DNA of 64,000 nt, from NCBI GenBank assembly GCA_021821305.1, contig JAKACP010000001.1, forward strand, positions 196,934 to 260,933, written 5' to 3'. Positions 9,435 through 18,564 of this stretch are shown here, piece by piece (the stretch's first letter is position 1; each line of letters begins with the position of its first letter). The position numbers and the translations under genes are program-made. The notes beneath the pieces were generated by a model. That model did not search any database and was not told where the DNA came from. It saw nothing but the letters and a program-made list of their open reading frames with translations. The stretch is from a bacterium (GTDB lineage Bacteria > Patescibacteriota > Minisyncoccia > Moranbacterales > UBA1568).

Positions 9435-10106
9435 ATGTACGACATAACACCCATCCATACCTCGCGCGGCTGTCTTTCCTATATCGTCGCCGATCCGGTG
9501 ACGCGGGAGGCGGCCATCATCGATCCGTCGCAGGAAGCGGGACCCGACGCATACGGGGACATCCTCAAGGAAAAGGGCCTCGAGCTCCGATATATCCTCG
9601 AGACGCACACGCATGCGGATCATGTCTCTTCCGCGCGCGAGCTCCGGGGACTGTTCGGGGGAAAGATCGCCATGCACGAATCGTCCCCATTGCCGTCCAA
9701 GGACATCGCGCTTGCGGACGGATCGACACTGTCCCTCGGCAGAGGAACGATCGAGGTCCTCGCGACACCGGGGCATACCGATGAGAGCGTCACCTACCGT
9801 ATCCCGGGCGCGGTTTTCACGGGTGACGCGCTCCTCATCGGCGGGACCGGGCGGACCGATTTCCAGCGCGGAAACAGCACGGACCTCTACGAGAGCCTGT
9901 GGCAGAAACTCATGCGGTTGCCTGAGGAGACGATCGTCCATCCCGCGCATAATTATGAGGGCAGAACCGCGAGCACGATAGGCGAGGAGAAGCGCGAGAA
10001 CCCGCGCCTCCAGATGGAAAAAGAAACGTTCATCGCCGCGCTCGACGCCCACCATCCTCCGCTACCGGAACTGTTCGACACGGCGGTTCCGAAAAACAGC
10101 AATTGA
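9435..10106 (+). CDS. MBL-fold metallo-hydrolase, ETHE1/persulfide-dioxygenase-like
   Basis: ETHTHADHVS motif. Start set at MYDITPIH; the upstream in-frame stretch overlaps the regulator and has no RBS. Confidence 0.7.
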   Translation: MYDITPIHTSRGCLSYIVADPVTREAAIIDPSQEAGPDAYGDILKEKGLELRYILETHTHADHVSSARELRGLFGGKIAMHESSPLPSKDIALADGSTLSLGRGTIEVLATPGHTDESVTYRIPGAVFTGDALLIGGTGRTDFQRGNSTDLYESLWQKLMRLPEETIVHPAHNYEGRTASTIGEEKRENPRLQMEKETFIAALDAHHPPLPELFDTAVPKNSN

Positions 10107-10128
10107 ACCCATCATTAATCGATATCAT

Positions 10129-10887
10129 ATGAACACCATCACCCCGAAAGAAGCGTTCGAAGAGATGCGCAGGGATCCGAGCGCGATCCTGATCGATGTC
10201 CGCGAGACATTCGAATTCGCCGATGAACATGCTGAGGGGGCGCAGAATATTCCGCTGGCCCTTTTCCCGCTGCGCGTCGACGAGTTTCCCGCCGACTCCC
10301 GGATCTTCTTCATCTGCCAATCGGGCGGCCGGAGCGCGCAGGCGACCGCCTTCGCCCAAGACAGGGGGCTTCGCGGAGCGATGAATGTCTCGGGAGGGAC
10401 CATGGATTGGATCCGGTCCGGATTGCCGACGGTGGCGCCGGGCGGCTCCTTGCTCGAGGGATCGATACGGAACACGACGATGATCGCGGGCGCCATCGTG
10501 CTCGCGGGCGCGCTCCTTGCGTGGGGCATCATGTCTTCCGGGAACGGAGAGTCCGCGACGCGCGTTGAGCGTGTCGCGGCGCAGGAATTCTCGCAGGCCG
10601 TCGGGAAGGAGGAAGCGACCATACTGGACGTGCGCACCCCGGCGGAATTCTCGCAGGGGCATATCGCGGGTGCGTCGCTCGTCGATTGGAACGACCCGTC
10701 GTTTTCGTCCAAGGTCGCCGAGTTGGACAAGTCGAAGCGGTACCTCGTCTATTGCCGTTCGGGAAGCAGGAGCGCACAGGCGGTCGCGGCGATGCGCGAG
10801 ATGGGATTCACGGATATCACCGAACTGTCCGGCGGAATCATCGCATGGGAGAAAGCAGGACTTCCTCTCGAGCGTTCCGACGAGTAG
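10129..10887 (+). CDS. Double-rhodanese (sulfurtransferase) protein with a central TM helix
   Basis: Two rhodanese domains with active-site Cys loops (CQSGGRS, CRSGSRS). Confidence 0.8.
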   Translation: MNTITPKEAFEEMRRDPSAILIDVRETFEFADEHAEGAQNIPLALFPLRVDEFPADSRIFFICQSGGRSAQATAFAQDRGLRGAMNVSGGTMDWIRSGLPTVAPGGSLLEGSIRNTTMIAGAIVLAGALLAWGIMSSGNGESATRVERVAAQEFSQAVGKEEATILDVRTPAEFSQGHIAGASLVDWNDPSFSSKVAELDKSKRYLVYCRSGSRSAQAVAAMREMGFTDITELSGGIIAWEKAGLPLERSDE

Positions 10888-10933
10888 CGATGCTGGACAC
10901 GCGGGTCCGAATCTGCTATAATGGATGCGTACT

Positions 10934-10968
10934 GAAGACGGGTGAACCCCGTCTTTTTTATTTTTTTT
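10934..10968 (+). terminator. Rho-independent terminator
   Basis: Stem aagacggg/ccgtctt followed by ttttatttttttt. Confidence 0.7.
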
Positions 10969-10986
10969 AAGCAGTAAGACAAAAAA

Positions 10987-11718
10987 ATGGATAACAAGAG
11001 AACAGCCATAGTCACCGGTGCGGGAGTCGGCATCGGAAAAGGGATCGCTTCGGCGCTGGCCGATGAAGGATACAACGTGGTCGTCGCCGATATCGACGAG
11101 GAGAACGGCCGGAAGGTCGCCGAGGAACTCTCCGGGCGCGGCGTCCAGTCGCTCGCCGTGAAGTGCGACGTCTCCAGTGCTGCCGATGTCGAACGGCTTT
11201 TCAGCCAGACCGCCGAAACATTCGGCAAGGTCGACGTGCTCGTCAACAACGCCGGTATCTATCCCTTCGTCCCCTTTGAAAAAATGCAGGAGTCGGATTG
11301 GGACAAGGTGATGGACGTAAACCTCAAGAGCGTCTTCCTGTGCTCCAAGGAGGCCTTGAAGACGATGTCGGAAGGGGGGCGGATCATCAATATCTCCTCC
11401 ATCGCTTCGCTGGTGGGATTTTCAGGTCTGACCCACTACTGCGCCACGAAAGGCGGCGTCAACGGGATGGTGCGGGCGCTGGCGCTGGAAATGGCTCCCA
11501 AGAATATCACCGTCAATGCCGTCGCCCCCGGCGTGATCCGAACGCCGGGAACACGAGTGGTTGAGGACCTCGAAAAGCAGATGATGCCCATGATCCCCCT
11601 GGCGCGGGTGGGTCAGCCCGAGGATATCGCCAATGCCGTGGTCTTCCTCGCTTCGGAAAAATCGAGCTATATCACCGGGCAGGTGATCGTGGTCGATGGC
11701 GGTTGGACGGCAAGATAG
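10987..11718 (+). CDS. SDR-family oxidoreductase (FabG-like)
   Basis: [10 protein letters not shown] Rossmann motif and a YxxxK catalytic pair (YCATK). Confidence 0.85.
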   Translation: MDNKRTAIVTGAGVGIGKGIASALADEGYNVVVADIDEENGRKVAEELSGRGVQSLAVKCDVSSAADVERLFSQTAETFGKVDVLVNNAGIYPFVPFEKMQESDWDKVMDVNLKSVFLCSKEALKTMSEGGRIINISSIASLVGFSGLTHYCATKGGVNGMVRALALEMAPKNITVNAVAPGVIRTPGTRVVEDLEKQMMPMIPLARVGQPEDIANAVVFLASEKSSYITGQVIVVDGGWTAR

Positions 11719-11754
11719 ATCTATCGATCTTCCTTTCGGATCACGCATAAAAAT

Positions 11755-11781
11755 AGCACCCTGACGGGTGCTATTTTTTTG
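11755..11781 (+). terminator. Rho-independent terminator
   Basis: Stem agcaccc/gggtgct followed by atttttttg. Confidence 0.65.
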
Positions 11782-11972
11782 CCGCGATCCTTACCATGTC
11801 CATCGCGTCGCGCCTACTGTCTCGCACTCCGGCGGGCCATCTGGTCGATGATGAAATGGAGATTCTTTCTTTACAATCAGGTATGCTGCTACAATGATGT
11901 ATGTCAACGGAAAAAACGGCGTCGAGGTCGATATGCCGGATGGGACGGAATATATTCGTAACGATCAAACAT

Positions 11973-12419
11973 ATGAGCCAGAAGCTGATCATCGGTATCG
12001 TCGTCGCCCTCGCCATCGTCGTGGCCGCGCTCGCGCTCAAGGGGGAGCGGTCGCCGGCCGAGGATACGACAGGAAGCGCGATGAAGGCGGAGGAAGCGGC
12101 CATGAAGGTCGCTCCGGTCAAGGAGTTTTCCATCAATTCGTTCGTCGAGATGGTCGACGGCAAGCCCAAGCCGCAGTTCGACCTGAAGGAATTCACCGTG
12201 AACGAAGGGGACATGGTCCGGATCAAGGTGAAGGTCACCGCGGGAACGCATGATTTCAATATCGACGAGTTCGGTATCCACAAGGCGACACCGCTCAACG
12301 AGGAAGTCGTGATCGAATTCAAGGCCGACAAGGCCGGCGAGTTCGTCTACTACTGCAATATGCCCGGACACCGCGCCGCGGGCCACTGGGGGACGCTCAA
12401 GGTGCTGAAGGCGGAGTAA
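11973..12419 (+). CDS. Membrane-anchored cupredoxin (type-1 blue copper) protein
   Basis: C-terminal YYCNMPGHRAAGHWGTL gives the Cys-His-Met copper ligands, preceded by an H in GTHDF. Confidence 0.65.
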   Translation: MSQKLIIGIVVALAIVVAALALKGERSPAEDTTGSAMKAEEAAMKVAPVKEFSINSFVEMVDGKPKPQFDLKEFTVNEGDMVRIKVKVTAGTHDFNIDEFGIHKATPLNEEVVIEFKADKAGEFVYYCNMPGHRAAGHWGTLKVLKAE

Positions 12420-12509
12420 TCCGTCCGGAGGGGAGGCGCGGCCCGGGCAGGGCCGCTTTTCTTTTCCGCCGTTTTGGCACACCATCGACAATCAGGTACA
12501 CTGTGGAGT

Positions 12510-13442
12510 ATGAACGAAGGGAAACATCCGGCGCTCGTCGTCGAACATGTGAAGAAAACCTACGCATCCGGGAAGGAGGCCCTGAAGGAGGTCTCGCTCG
12601 TCATCCCGGAGGGGGATTTTTTCGCGTTTCTCGGCCCCAACGGCGCCGGCAAGACGACCATCATCGGTATCGTCACGGGCATCGTCGACAAGTCGGCCGG
12701 GACCGTCCGGGTGTTCGGGTACGACATCGACCGCGAGCCGGAAAAGGCCAAGGCCTGTATCGGCGTCGTCCCACAGGAAATCAATTTCAATATCTTCGAA
12801 ACCCCGCTCGATATCATCGTGAATCAGGCCGGGTACTATGGGATCTCACGGAAAGAAGCCATACCGCGGGCCGAATCGCTTCTGCGGAGCCTCGGTATCT
12901 TCGACAAGAAGGACCAGGAATCCCGCGCGCTTTCGGGCGGGATGAAACGCCGGCTCATGATCGCCCGCGCGCTCATCCACAAGCCCCGATTGCTCATCCT
13001 CGACGAGCCGACGGCGGGCGTGGATGTGGACCTGCGCCGGAGCATGTGGGATTTCCTCCGATCGCTGACCGAGAAGGAGGGGATCACCATACTCCTCACG
13101 ACGCACTACCTCGAGGAAGCCGAACAGCTCTGCAAGCACGTCGCCATCATCCACCAAGGATCGATCATCGAGTCCGGATCGATGAAGGATATTCTCGGGA
13201 AGATCAACACCGACTCCTTCCTCATCACGCTCCGGTCCCAGGTGACGCCGGAAATCGTCGAAGCGCTCGCCGCGTATCGCGCGAAGAAGATCGACGAGAA
13301 GACGATCGAGATCGAAACGGACGACGGCCGCGGACTCAACGACGCGATCCTCCTCCTCAACGGACGGGGATTCCCCATCGGGGACATCCGGAACAAATCC
13401 GGCCGGCTCGAGGAAGTCTTCGTGAGGCTGACCGGTAAGTAA
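12510..13442 (+). CDS. ABC transporter ATP-binding protein
   Basis: Walker A GPNGAGKTT, signature LSGGMKRR, Walker B LLILDEPT. Confidence 0.85.
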   Translation: MNEGKHPALVVEHVKKTYASGKEALKEVSLVIPEGDFFAFLGPNGAGKTTIIGIVTGIVDKSAGTVRVFGYDIDREPEKAKACIGVVPQEINFNIFETPLDIIVNQAGYYGISRKEAIPRAESLLRSLGIFDKKDQESRALSGGMKRRLMIARALIHKPRLLILDEPTAGVDVDLRRSMWDFLRSLTEKEGITILLTTHYLEEAEQLCKHVAIIHQGSIIESGSMKDILGKINTDSFLITLRSQVTPEIVEALAAYRAKKIDEKTIEIETDDGRGLNDAILLLNGRGFPIGDIRNKSGRLEEVFVRLTGK

Positions 13443-13622
13443 CTGTCCGATATCTCACCGCCCTGAATAAAAGAAAAAACCATGCTTGTCTCATAAAACG
13501 TCCGGATCTCGGCTGAAAACCTCTCAAAGCTCGTCGGATTATCATGATAGTCCTTCTCCCTTTTCAAGGTTTTCATCTCGACATCCGAACATTTTCTCGA
13601 GACATGAGATATCGGACAGTTA
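13439..13622. repeat. Family-1 structured intergenic element, copy B (184 bp) between ABC ATPase and permease genes
   Basis: Perfect 19-bp terminal complementarity: gtaactgtccgatatctca / tgagatatcggacagttac. Conserved boxes tcaccgc, gcttgtctc, tcggctgaaaacc and ctcgagacatgaga. The left stem overlaps the upstream stop codon. Confidence 0.65.
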
Positions 13623-13635
13623 CTAAGGAAAACCT

Positions 13636-14412
13636 ATGAACGCGAAAAAACTCTGGATATCGTTCATGACCATCGTGCGCAAGGACGTGCTCCGTATCTT
13701 CAAGATATGGCCGCAGACGTTCCTGCCGTCCGTCGTGACGTCGGTCCTCTATTTCCTCGTGTTCGGCACCGTGCTCGGCGAGCAGATCGGCGACGTGGAC
13801 GGGTTTTCCTACCTGCAGTTCGTGGTGCCGGGGCTCGTCATGCTCGCGGTCGTGACGAATTCGTTCTCCGACGTCGCGACCGTCTTTTTCGTCTCGAAGT
13901 TCTTTTCGCGCAATATCGACGAGATCCTCGTCTCACCGACGCCACCCTCGGTCATCATCGCCGGGTTCGTCGGGGGAGGTATCGTCCGCGGCGTCCTGGT
14001 GGGAGCGCTCGTGCTCCTCGTCTCGGCGTTCTTCGTCCCGATCTCGTTCGCATACCCTTCGGTGGTACTGCTTTTCCTCGTCCTCTCGAGCCTCGTCTTC
14101 TCGCTCGCCGGACTCGTGAACGGCATCTACGCGAAGAGCTTCGACGGCATCTCCATCGTCCCGACCTTCGTGTTGACGCCGCTCGTGTATCTCGGCGGCG
14201 TGTTCTTCTCGATCGAGGCGCTGCCGGGATTCTGGCGTGATCTCGCGGCGGCCAATCCGATCTTCTATCTCATAAACGGGTTCCGATACGGACTGCTCGG
14301 CCTTTCGGACGTGCCGATCGCGACCTCTATCGCCGTCTTGGTCGGGCTCGCGGCGGCGCTCATCGCAGCCAACTGGTACTTCATCCGCACCGGGCTCGGG
14401 TTGCGGCAATAG
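13636..14412 (+). CDS. ABC-2 family transporter permease
   Basis: Six-TM ABC-2 permease topology immediately after the ATPase. Confidence 0.8.
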   Translation: MNAKKLWISFMTIVRKDVLRIFKIWPQTFLPSVVTSVLYFLVFGTVLGEQIGDVDGFSYLQFVVPGLVMLAVVTNSFSDVATVFFVSKFFSRNIDEILVSPTPPSVIIAGFVGGGIVRGVLVGALVLLVSAFFVPISFAYPSVVLLFLVLSSLVFSLAGLVNGIYAKSFDGISIVPTFVLTPLVYLGGVFFSIEALPGFWRDLAAANPIFYLINGFRYGLLGLSDVPIATSIAVLVGLAAALIAANWYFIRTGLGLRQ

Positions 14413-14493
14413 CACGGTGCCGATTCCGGCTTGCCAGGAAGCTTTTTTCGTGGCACAATGCGTATTCGTGTGGCCGCTAAAAATCCGGAAAAT

Positions 14494-15942
14494 ATGGCAG
14501 ACAACATCGTTTTACGCTTCGACCGCGTGTCGTTCGAATACGGACACAAAAAACCGATCCTCGAGGAGGTGAGTTTTTCCGTGCGTACCGGTTCGAAAGT
14601 GACGCTCATGGGACAGAACGGGGCCGGGAAAAGCTCCCTGTTCAAGCTCATCACGGGCGAAATGAACCCGGACCAAGGCCGCGTGTCGATCGACCGGGGC
14701 GCGACGGTCGCCATCGGCCGCCAGACCATACCCCGCGATCACCTCGATTTCACCGTCGAGGAATTTTTCGCGGAAGCGTTTCCGGAGAAGCGCTGGGACC
14801 TGCCGGCACGGATCAAGGACACTCTCGAGATCGTCAATCTCGTGGCACCGCTCGACAGGAAGATCCGGGAGTTCTCCGGCGGCCAGCAGGCGCGGCTCCT
14901 CCTCGGATTCGCGCTCATCCAGAATCCCGATATCCTCCTCCTCGACGAACCGACCAACAATCTCGACGCGGCCGGCATCGCGCATCTGACGCAGTTCCTC
15001 ATCGACTATGACAAGACCTGCATCGTGATCTCCCACGATGCGGACTTCCTCAACTCGTTCACGCACGGCGTGCTCTACCTCGACGTGTTCACACATAAGA
15101 TCGAGCAGTACACCGGCGACTACTACGACGTGGTCGAGGAGATCAAGTCCCGCATCGAGAAAGCCGAGCGCGAGAATGTCCGGCTCGAGCGGACGATCCA
15201 GGAGAAGAAGGATCAGGCGAACGTCTTCGCGAACAAGGGCGGCAAGCTCCGCGCCGTCGCCAAGCGGATGCGCACGCTCGCCGAAGATCTCGAGGAGAAC
15301 AAGATGGACGTGCGACGCGAGGACAAGACCCTCCCCGATTTCGAGATTCCCTGCGCGGATAAGGTCGGTCCGATCGTGACCATCAAGACCGCGTCCGTCC
15401 TCAAAGAGGGTATCGCGGAAACGAAACCGGTCAACCTCACGCTCAAGCGCAATACCCATCTCTTCGTCTCCGGGCCGAACGGCATCGGCAAGAGCACGTT
15501 CCTCGAGGCGCTCGCGCGCGGCGACGCGGAGCGGGTGGAGATCACGCCCGGCGTGAAAATCGGCTACTATCGGCAGGATTTCTCGTCGCTCGACTTCGAC
15601 GCGACGGTGTTCGACACGCTGCTCTCCGCCATGAAGGAGAAGAACAAGGAGCTCGTCTACAAGCTCGCGGCGAAATTCCTCATCCCGGCCGAGCTCATCC
15701 AGAACAAGGTCGAGAGCCTCTCGGAAGGGCAGAAGGGATTGCTCATGTTCGCGAAGCTCTACGCGGAGGAGCCGGAACTGCTCATCCTCGACGAGCCGAC
15801 GAACCATATCAACTTCCGCCACCTGCCGGTCATCGCGGCGGCGCTCGACGCGTATCGCGGCACGATGATATTCGTGTCCCACGTCCCGGATTTCGTAGCG
15901 CAGATCCGCATCGACGAGGTCCTCGATCTGGAAAGTCTGTAG
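14494..15942 (+). CDS. ABC-F family ATPase (tandem ABC domains, no TMD)
   Basis: Two Walker A sites (GQNGAGKSS, GPNGIGKST) and two signatures (FSGGQQ, LSEGQKG) separated by a charged linker. Confidence 0.85.
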   Translation: MADNIVLRFDRVSFEYGHKKPILEEVSFSVRTGSKVTLMGQNGAGKSSLFKLITGEMNPDQGRVSIDRGATVAIGRQTIPRDHLDFTVEEFFAEAFPEKRWDLPARIKDTLEIVNLVAPLDRKIREFSGGQQARLLLGFALIQNPDILLLDEPTNNLDAAGIAHLTQFLIDYDKTCIVISHDADFLNSFTHGVLYLDVFTHKIEQYTGDYYDVVEEIKSRIEKAERENVRLERTIQEKKDQANVFANKGGKLRAVAKRMRTLAEDLEENKMDVRREDKTLPDFEIPCADKVGPIVTIKTASVLKEGIAETKPVNLTLKRNTHLFVSGPNGIGKSTFLEALARGDAERVEITPGVKIGYYRQDFSSLDFDATVFDTLLSAMKEKNKELVYKLAAKFLIPAELIQNKVESLSEGQKGLLMFAKLYAEEPELLILDEPTNHINFRHLPVIAAALDAYRGTMIFVSHVPDFVAQIRIDEVLDLESL

Positions 15943-15989
15943 GACTTGCGGATGACAGTTGCTTGGGAATATTTCCTCATAATAATGCC

Positions 15990-16709
15990 ATGGAACAAGA
16001 GCCTATCCCGTTTCCGGTCCGTATCAACCGGTACCTCGCGCTTCGCGGGTATGCGACGCGGCGCGGCGCGGAAGAGCTCATCCTCCGCGGCGCGGTGACG
16101 ATCAACGGCCGCAAGGCGGAGCTCGCCGACCGTGTCGGCGCGGAGGATCGTGTCGAGATCACCGGGGCCGCGATGCCGTCCTCCGATGATTTTTTCTATT
16201 TCGCATACTACAAGCCGCGCGGGATCATCACGCACTCGCCGCAGGCGCGCGAGAAATCCATCGGGGACGTCGCGAACGTTCCCGACGGCGTATTCCCGGT
16301 CGGGCGGCTCGACAAGGAATCCGAGGGGCTCATCATCCTCACGGACGACGGCCGGGTGACCGACCGGTTGCTCAACCCGCGCCTCGGGCACGAGAAGGAA
16401 TACGAGGTGACGATACAGGAGCGGATCGTCCCCGGTGTCGCCGCCCGGATGCGCGAGGGGATAACCGACCGCGGGGAGCTGTTACGCGCGAAGGACGTCA
16501 AGGTGCACGGCCCACACGTCATGAACATCATCCTCACCGAGGGGAAGAAGCATCAGATCCGCCGCATGTTGGGCGGGGCCCGGCTCACGGTCCAGGCGCT
16601 CAAGCGCGTCCGCATCATGGACGTCCATCTCGGCAATCTCAAGCCGGGACAGACCCGTGCGCTCCGCGGCGCGGCCAGGGAAAACTTCCTCCGCGATATC
16701 GGACTTTAG
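15990..16709 (+). CDS. Pseudouridine synthase, RsuA/RluB family
   Basis: An S4-like N-terminus (RINRYLALRGYATRRGAEELI) and the catalytic GRLDKESEGL motif. Confidence 0.8.
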   Translation: MEQEPIPFPVRINRYLALRGYATRRGAEELILRGAVTINGRKAELADRVGAEDRVEITGAAMPSSDDFFYFAYYKPRGIITHSPQAREKSIGDVANVPDGVFPVGRLDKESEGLIILTDDGRVTDRLLNPRLGHEKEYEVTIQERIVPGVAARMREGITDRGELLRAKDVKVHGPHVMNIILTEGKKHQIRRMLGGARLTVQALKRVRIMDVHLGNLKPGQTRALRGAARENFLRDIGL

Positions 16710-16732
16710 GCTTCCTTACCGAATATGTTTTC

Positions 16733-16762
16733 TGCCGTCGCCTCCGCGACGGCTTTTTCGTG
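16733..16762 (+). terminator. Rho-independent terminator
   Basis: Stem gccgtcgc/gcgacggc followed by tttttcg. Confidence 0.65.
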
Positions 16763-16817
16763 GTAGAATGGGGTCATACTCCTAATTGGAGATGGTAAGA
16801 ATCCATGACAGAAAACG

Positions 16818-17006
16818 AAGGTCCGCATCATCGATGACGATGAGGCACTCTGTGGGATTCCGGTCATCATCCTAACCGATATGGACAACGAGGACACGTT
16901 CAGGAAAGCCGGCGAATTCGTGATCCATTTCTATCTCATCAAGTCTCTCGTCACGCCGCAGAAGGTCGTCGATACGGTGCACGGGGTATTCCGCCCGCCT
17001 CTCTGA
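16818..17006 (+). pseudogene. Degenerate response-regulator receiver-domain remnant
   Basis: KVRIIDDDEAL is joined directly to IPVIILTDMDNEDTFRKAGEFVIHFYLIKSL, so the middle of the receiver domain, including the phospho-acceptor region, is missing. The upstream ATG (16805) sits in another frame and hits a stop after 10 codons. Confidence 0.35.
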
Positions 17007-17019
17007 TACGAGTACCACC

Positions 17020-17532
17020 ATGGATATCGTCTCACACGGCCTCTGGGGATCACTCGCGTTCGGAAGGAAGAACCGAAGGAATTTCTGGACGGCATTTTTC
17101 TTCGGTATCGCGCCTGATCTCTTTTCGTTCGGCTTTTATATCGCTGGGACCTGGGTCGGCGTGTTTGATCATCCGGACTGGAGTTCCGGCAATCATCCTG
17201 CCCCGAGTACTATCCCGTTCTTCGTTCATGCGTTTTACAATGTGACGCACAGCCTCCTCGCGTTCGGCGGCGTGTTCGGCCTCGTCTGGCTGTTCCGTCG
17301 GAAGCCGTTCTGGCCGATGGCAACGTGGGGACTTCATATTATCGTCGATATCCCGACGCATGCCTCATGGTTTTTTCCGACGCCGTTCCTTTGGCCGATA
17401 TCGGATGTGACGGTGAACGGCGTCCCGTGGTCGCATCCGATCATATTCTTCCCGAACGTCATCCTGCTCCTCGCTTTCTACGTCTGGTTTTTCGCCGCCC
17501 GGAGAAAGCGCTCACGGAATATCAGCGGCTGA
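17020..17532 (+). CDS. Membrane protein, possible DUF457/YdjM-like membrane-bound metal-dependent hydrolase
   Basis: MDIVSHGLWGSL start and multiple TM helices with conserved His residues. Confidence 0.4.
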   Translation: MDIVSHGLWGSLAFGRKNRRNFWTAFFFGIAPDLFSFGFYIAGTWVGVFDHPDWSSGNHPAPSTIPFFVHAFYNVTHSLLAFGGVFGLVWLFRRKPFWPMATWGLHIIVDIPTHASWFFPTPFLWPISDVTVNGVPWSHPIIFFPNVILLLAFYVWFFAARRKRSRNISG

Positions 17533-17685
17533 ACCGTACTTTTCCTTCCGATGTCGCCTCGGAGCCGGTTTTTCCACTGGTCTTCCCGCGGAATTGATGT
17601 CGCGTCGATCGCCGTCGGGCTTTGATTTTTTTCCTGAATCCGGTCTATAGTTGAGTCATGTTCTTTCCAATGGAAGGGGATCATC

Positions 17686-18483
17686 ATGGAAAATGTCCTC
17701 AATTACCGGTCCCGGCCGATTCCGGATCTCGAAGAAGCGTGTCTGCGCCGCAAGGTGTCGCGCGAGCATCCGCTCGTCTTTTCCGACGAACGGTCGTTCG
17801 AACGATGCGTCCGTATCGATGAATACGGTATCGCGGGAGATTCCTATTATTACCGGGAGGAGGGCAATCCTCCGTACGATCACCGCGCCGAGGGATCGAT
17901 ACCGCACGTGCTCGTCCGAAAGTCGGTCGCTGAAATGCTCGCCTCCGTCAATGAGCGACTGTGCCGGGTCGGCGTCGAGCTCTACGTCTTCGACGCGTAT
18001 CGTCCGGTCCGGGTCCAGGATTATTTCTTCCTTGACTGGATGCCTTCCGTGCTCCGGAAACGGTATCCGGACTGGTCCGATGACGAGATCGATGCCGAGA
18101 CCAGGAATTACTGGGGCCGCGGATCCCGCGAGGACGGGAAAGTCGATCTGTTCTCGCCGCCTTTCCATTCGACCGGCGGTGCGGTGGATCTTCTCCTGCG
18201 GGAGATCCGCACGGGAGGCTTCATCCACACGGGTTCGTTCTTCGATGATTTTTCACCGGCCTCGGCGACGGATTTCTATGAGCGGCTCGCGCTCGTGAAG
18301 AATCTGGACGCATGGGAAACCGAGGCGCTCCTCAATCGACGATTGCTCTACTGGGTGCTCCTCGAGGCGGGATTCGCCAACAACCCCAAGGAGCTCTGGC
18401 ACTTCTCCTACGGAGACCAGCTCTGGGCCGTGCTGACCGGAGAGAGGGAGGCGTTCTACTCCTTCTCGCTCATCGACGTATGA
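17686..18483 (+). CDS. D-Ala-D-Ala dipeptidase (VanX-like, peptidase M15D)
   Basis: SxHSTGGAVDL and WHFSYGD motifs. Confidence 0.75.
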   Translation: MENVLNYRSRPIPDLEEACLRRKVSREHPLVFSDERSFERCVRIDEYGIAGDSYYYREEGNPPYDHRAEGSIPHVLVRKSVAEMLASVNERLCRVGVELYVFDAYRPVRVQDYFFLDWMPSVLRKRYPDWSDDEIDAETRNYWGRGSREDGKVDLFSPPFHSTGGAVDLLLREIRTGGFIHTGSFFDDFSPASATDFYERLALVKNLDAWETEALLNRRLLYWVLLEAGFANNPKELWHFSYGDQLWAVLTGEREAFYSFSLIDV

Positions 18484-18503
18484 GTGCCGCCCCGGCGACC
18501 ATG

Positions 18504-18540
18504 TGAAAAACCTGACGGTATCCCGTCAGGTTCTTTTTTT
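18504..18540. terminator. Bidirectional rho-independent terminator
   Basis: Stem cctgacgg/ccgtcagg with T/A runs on both sides; it sits between convergent genes. Confidence 0.6.
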
Positions 18541-18564
18541 GTGTTCGATCCGAGTAAGGGTGGG

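Noticed and set aside
13439-13622. 6S RNA, integron attC site or retron msr/msd as the identity of family-1 elements
   Set aside because: There are three copies within 64 kb, with neither an adjacent integrase nor a reverse transcriptase. No GTTRRRY core sites. A 6S RNA would be single-copy.

The elements remain an unassigned structured family.
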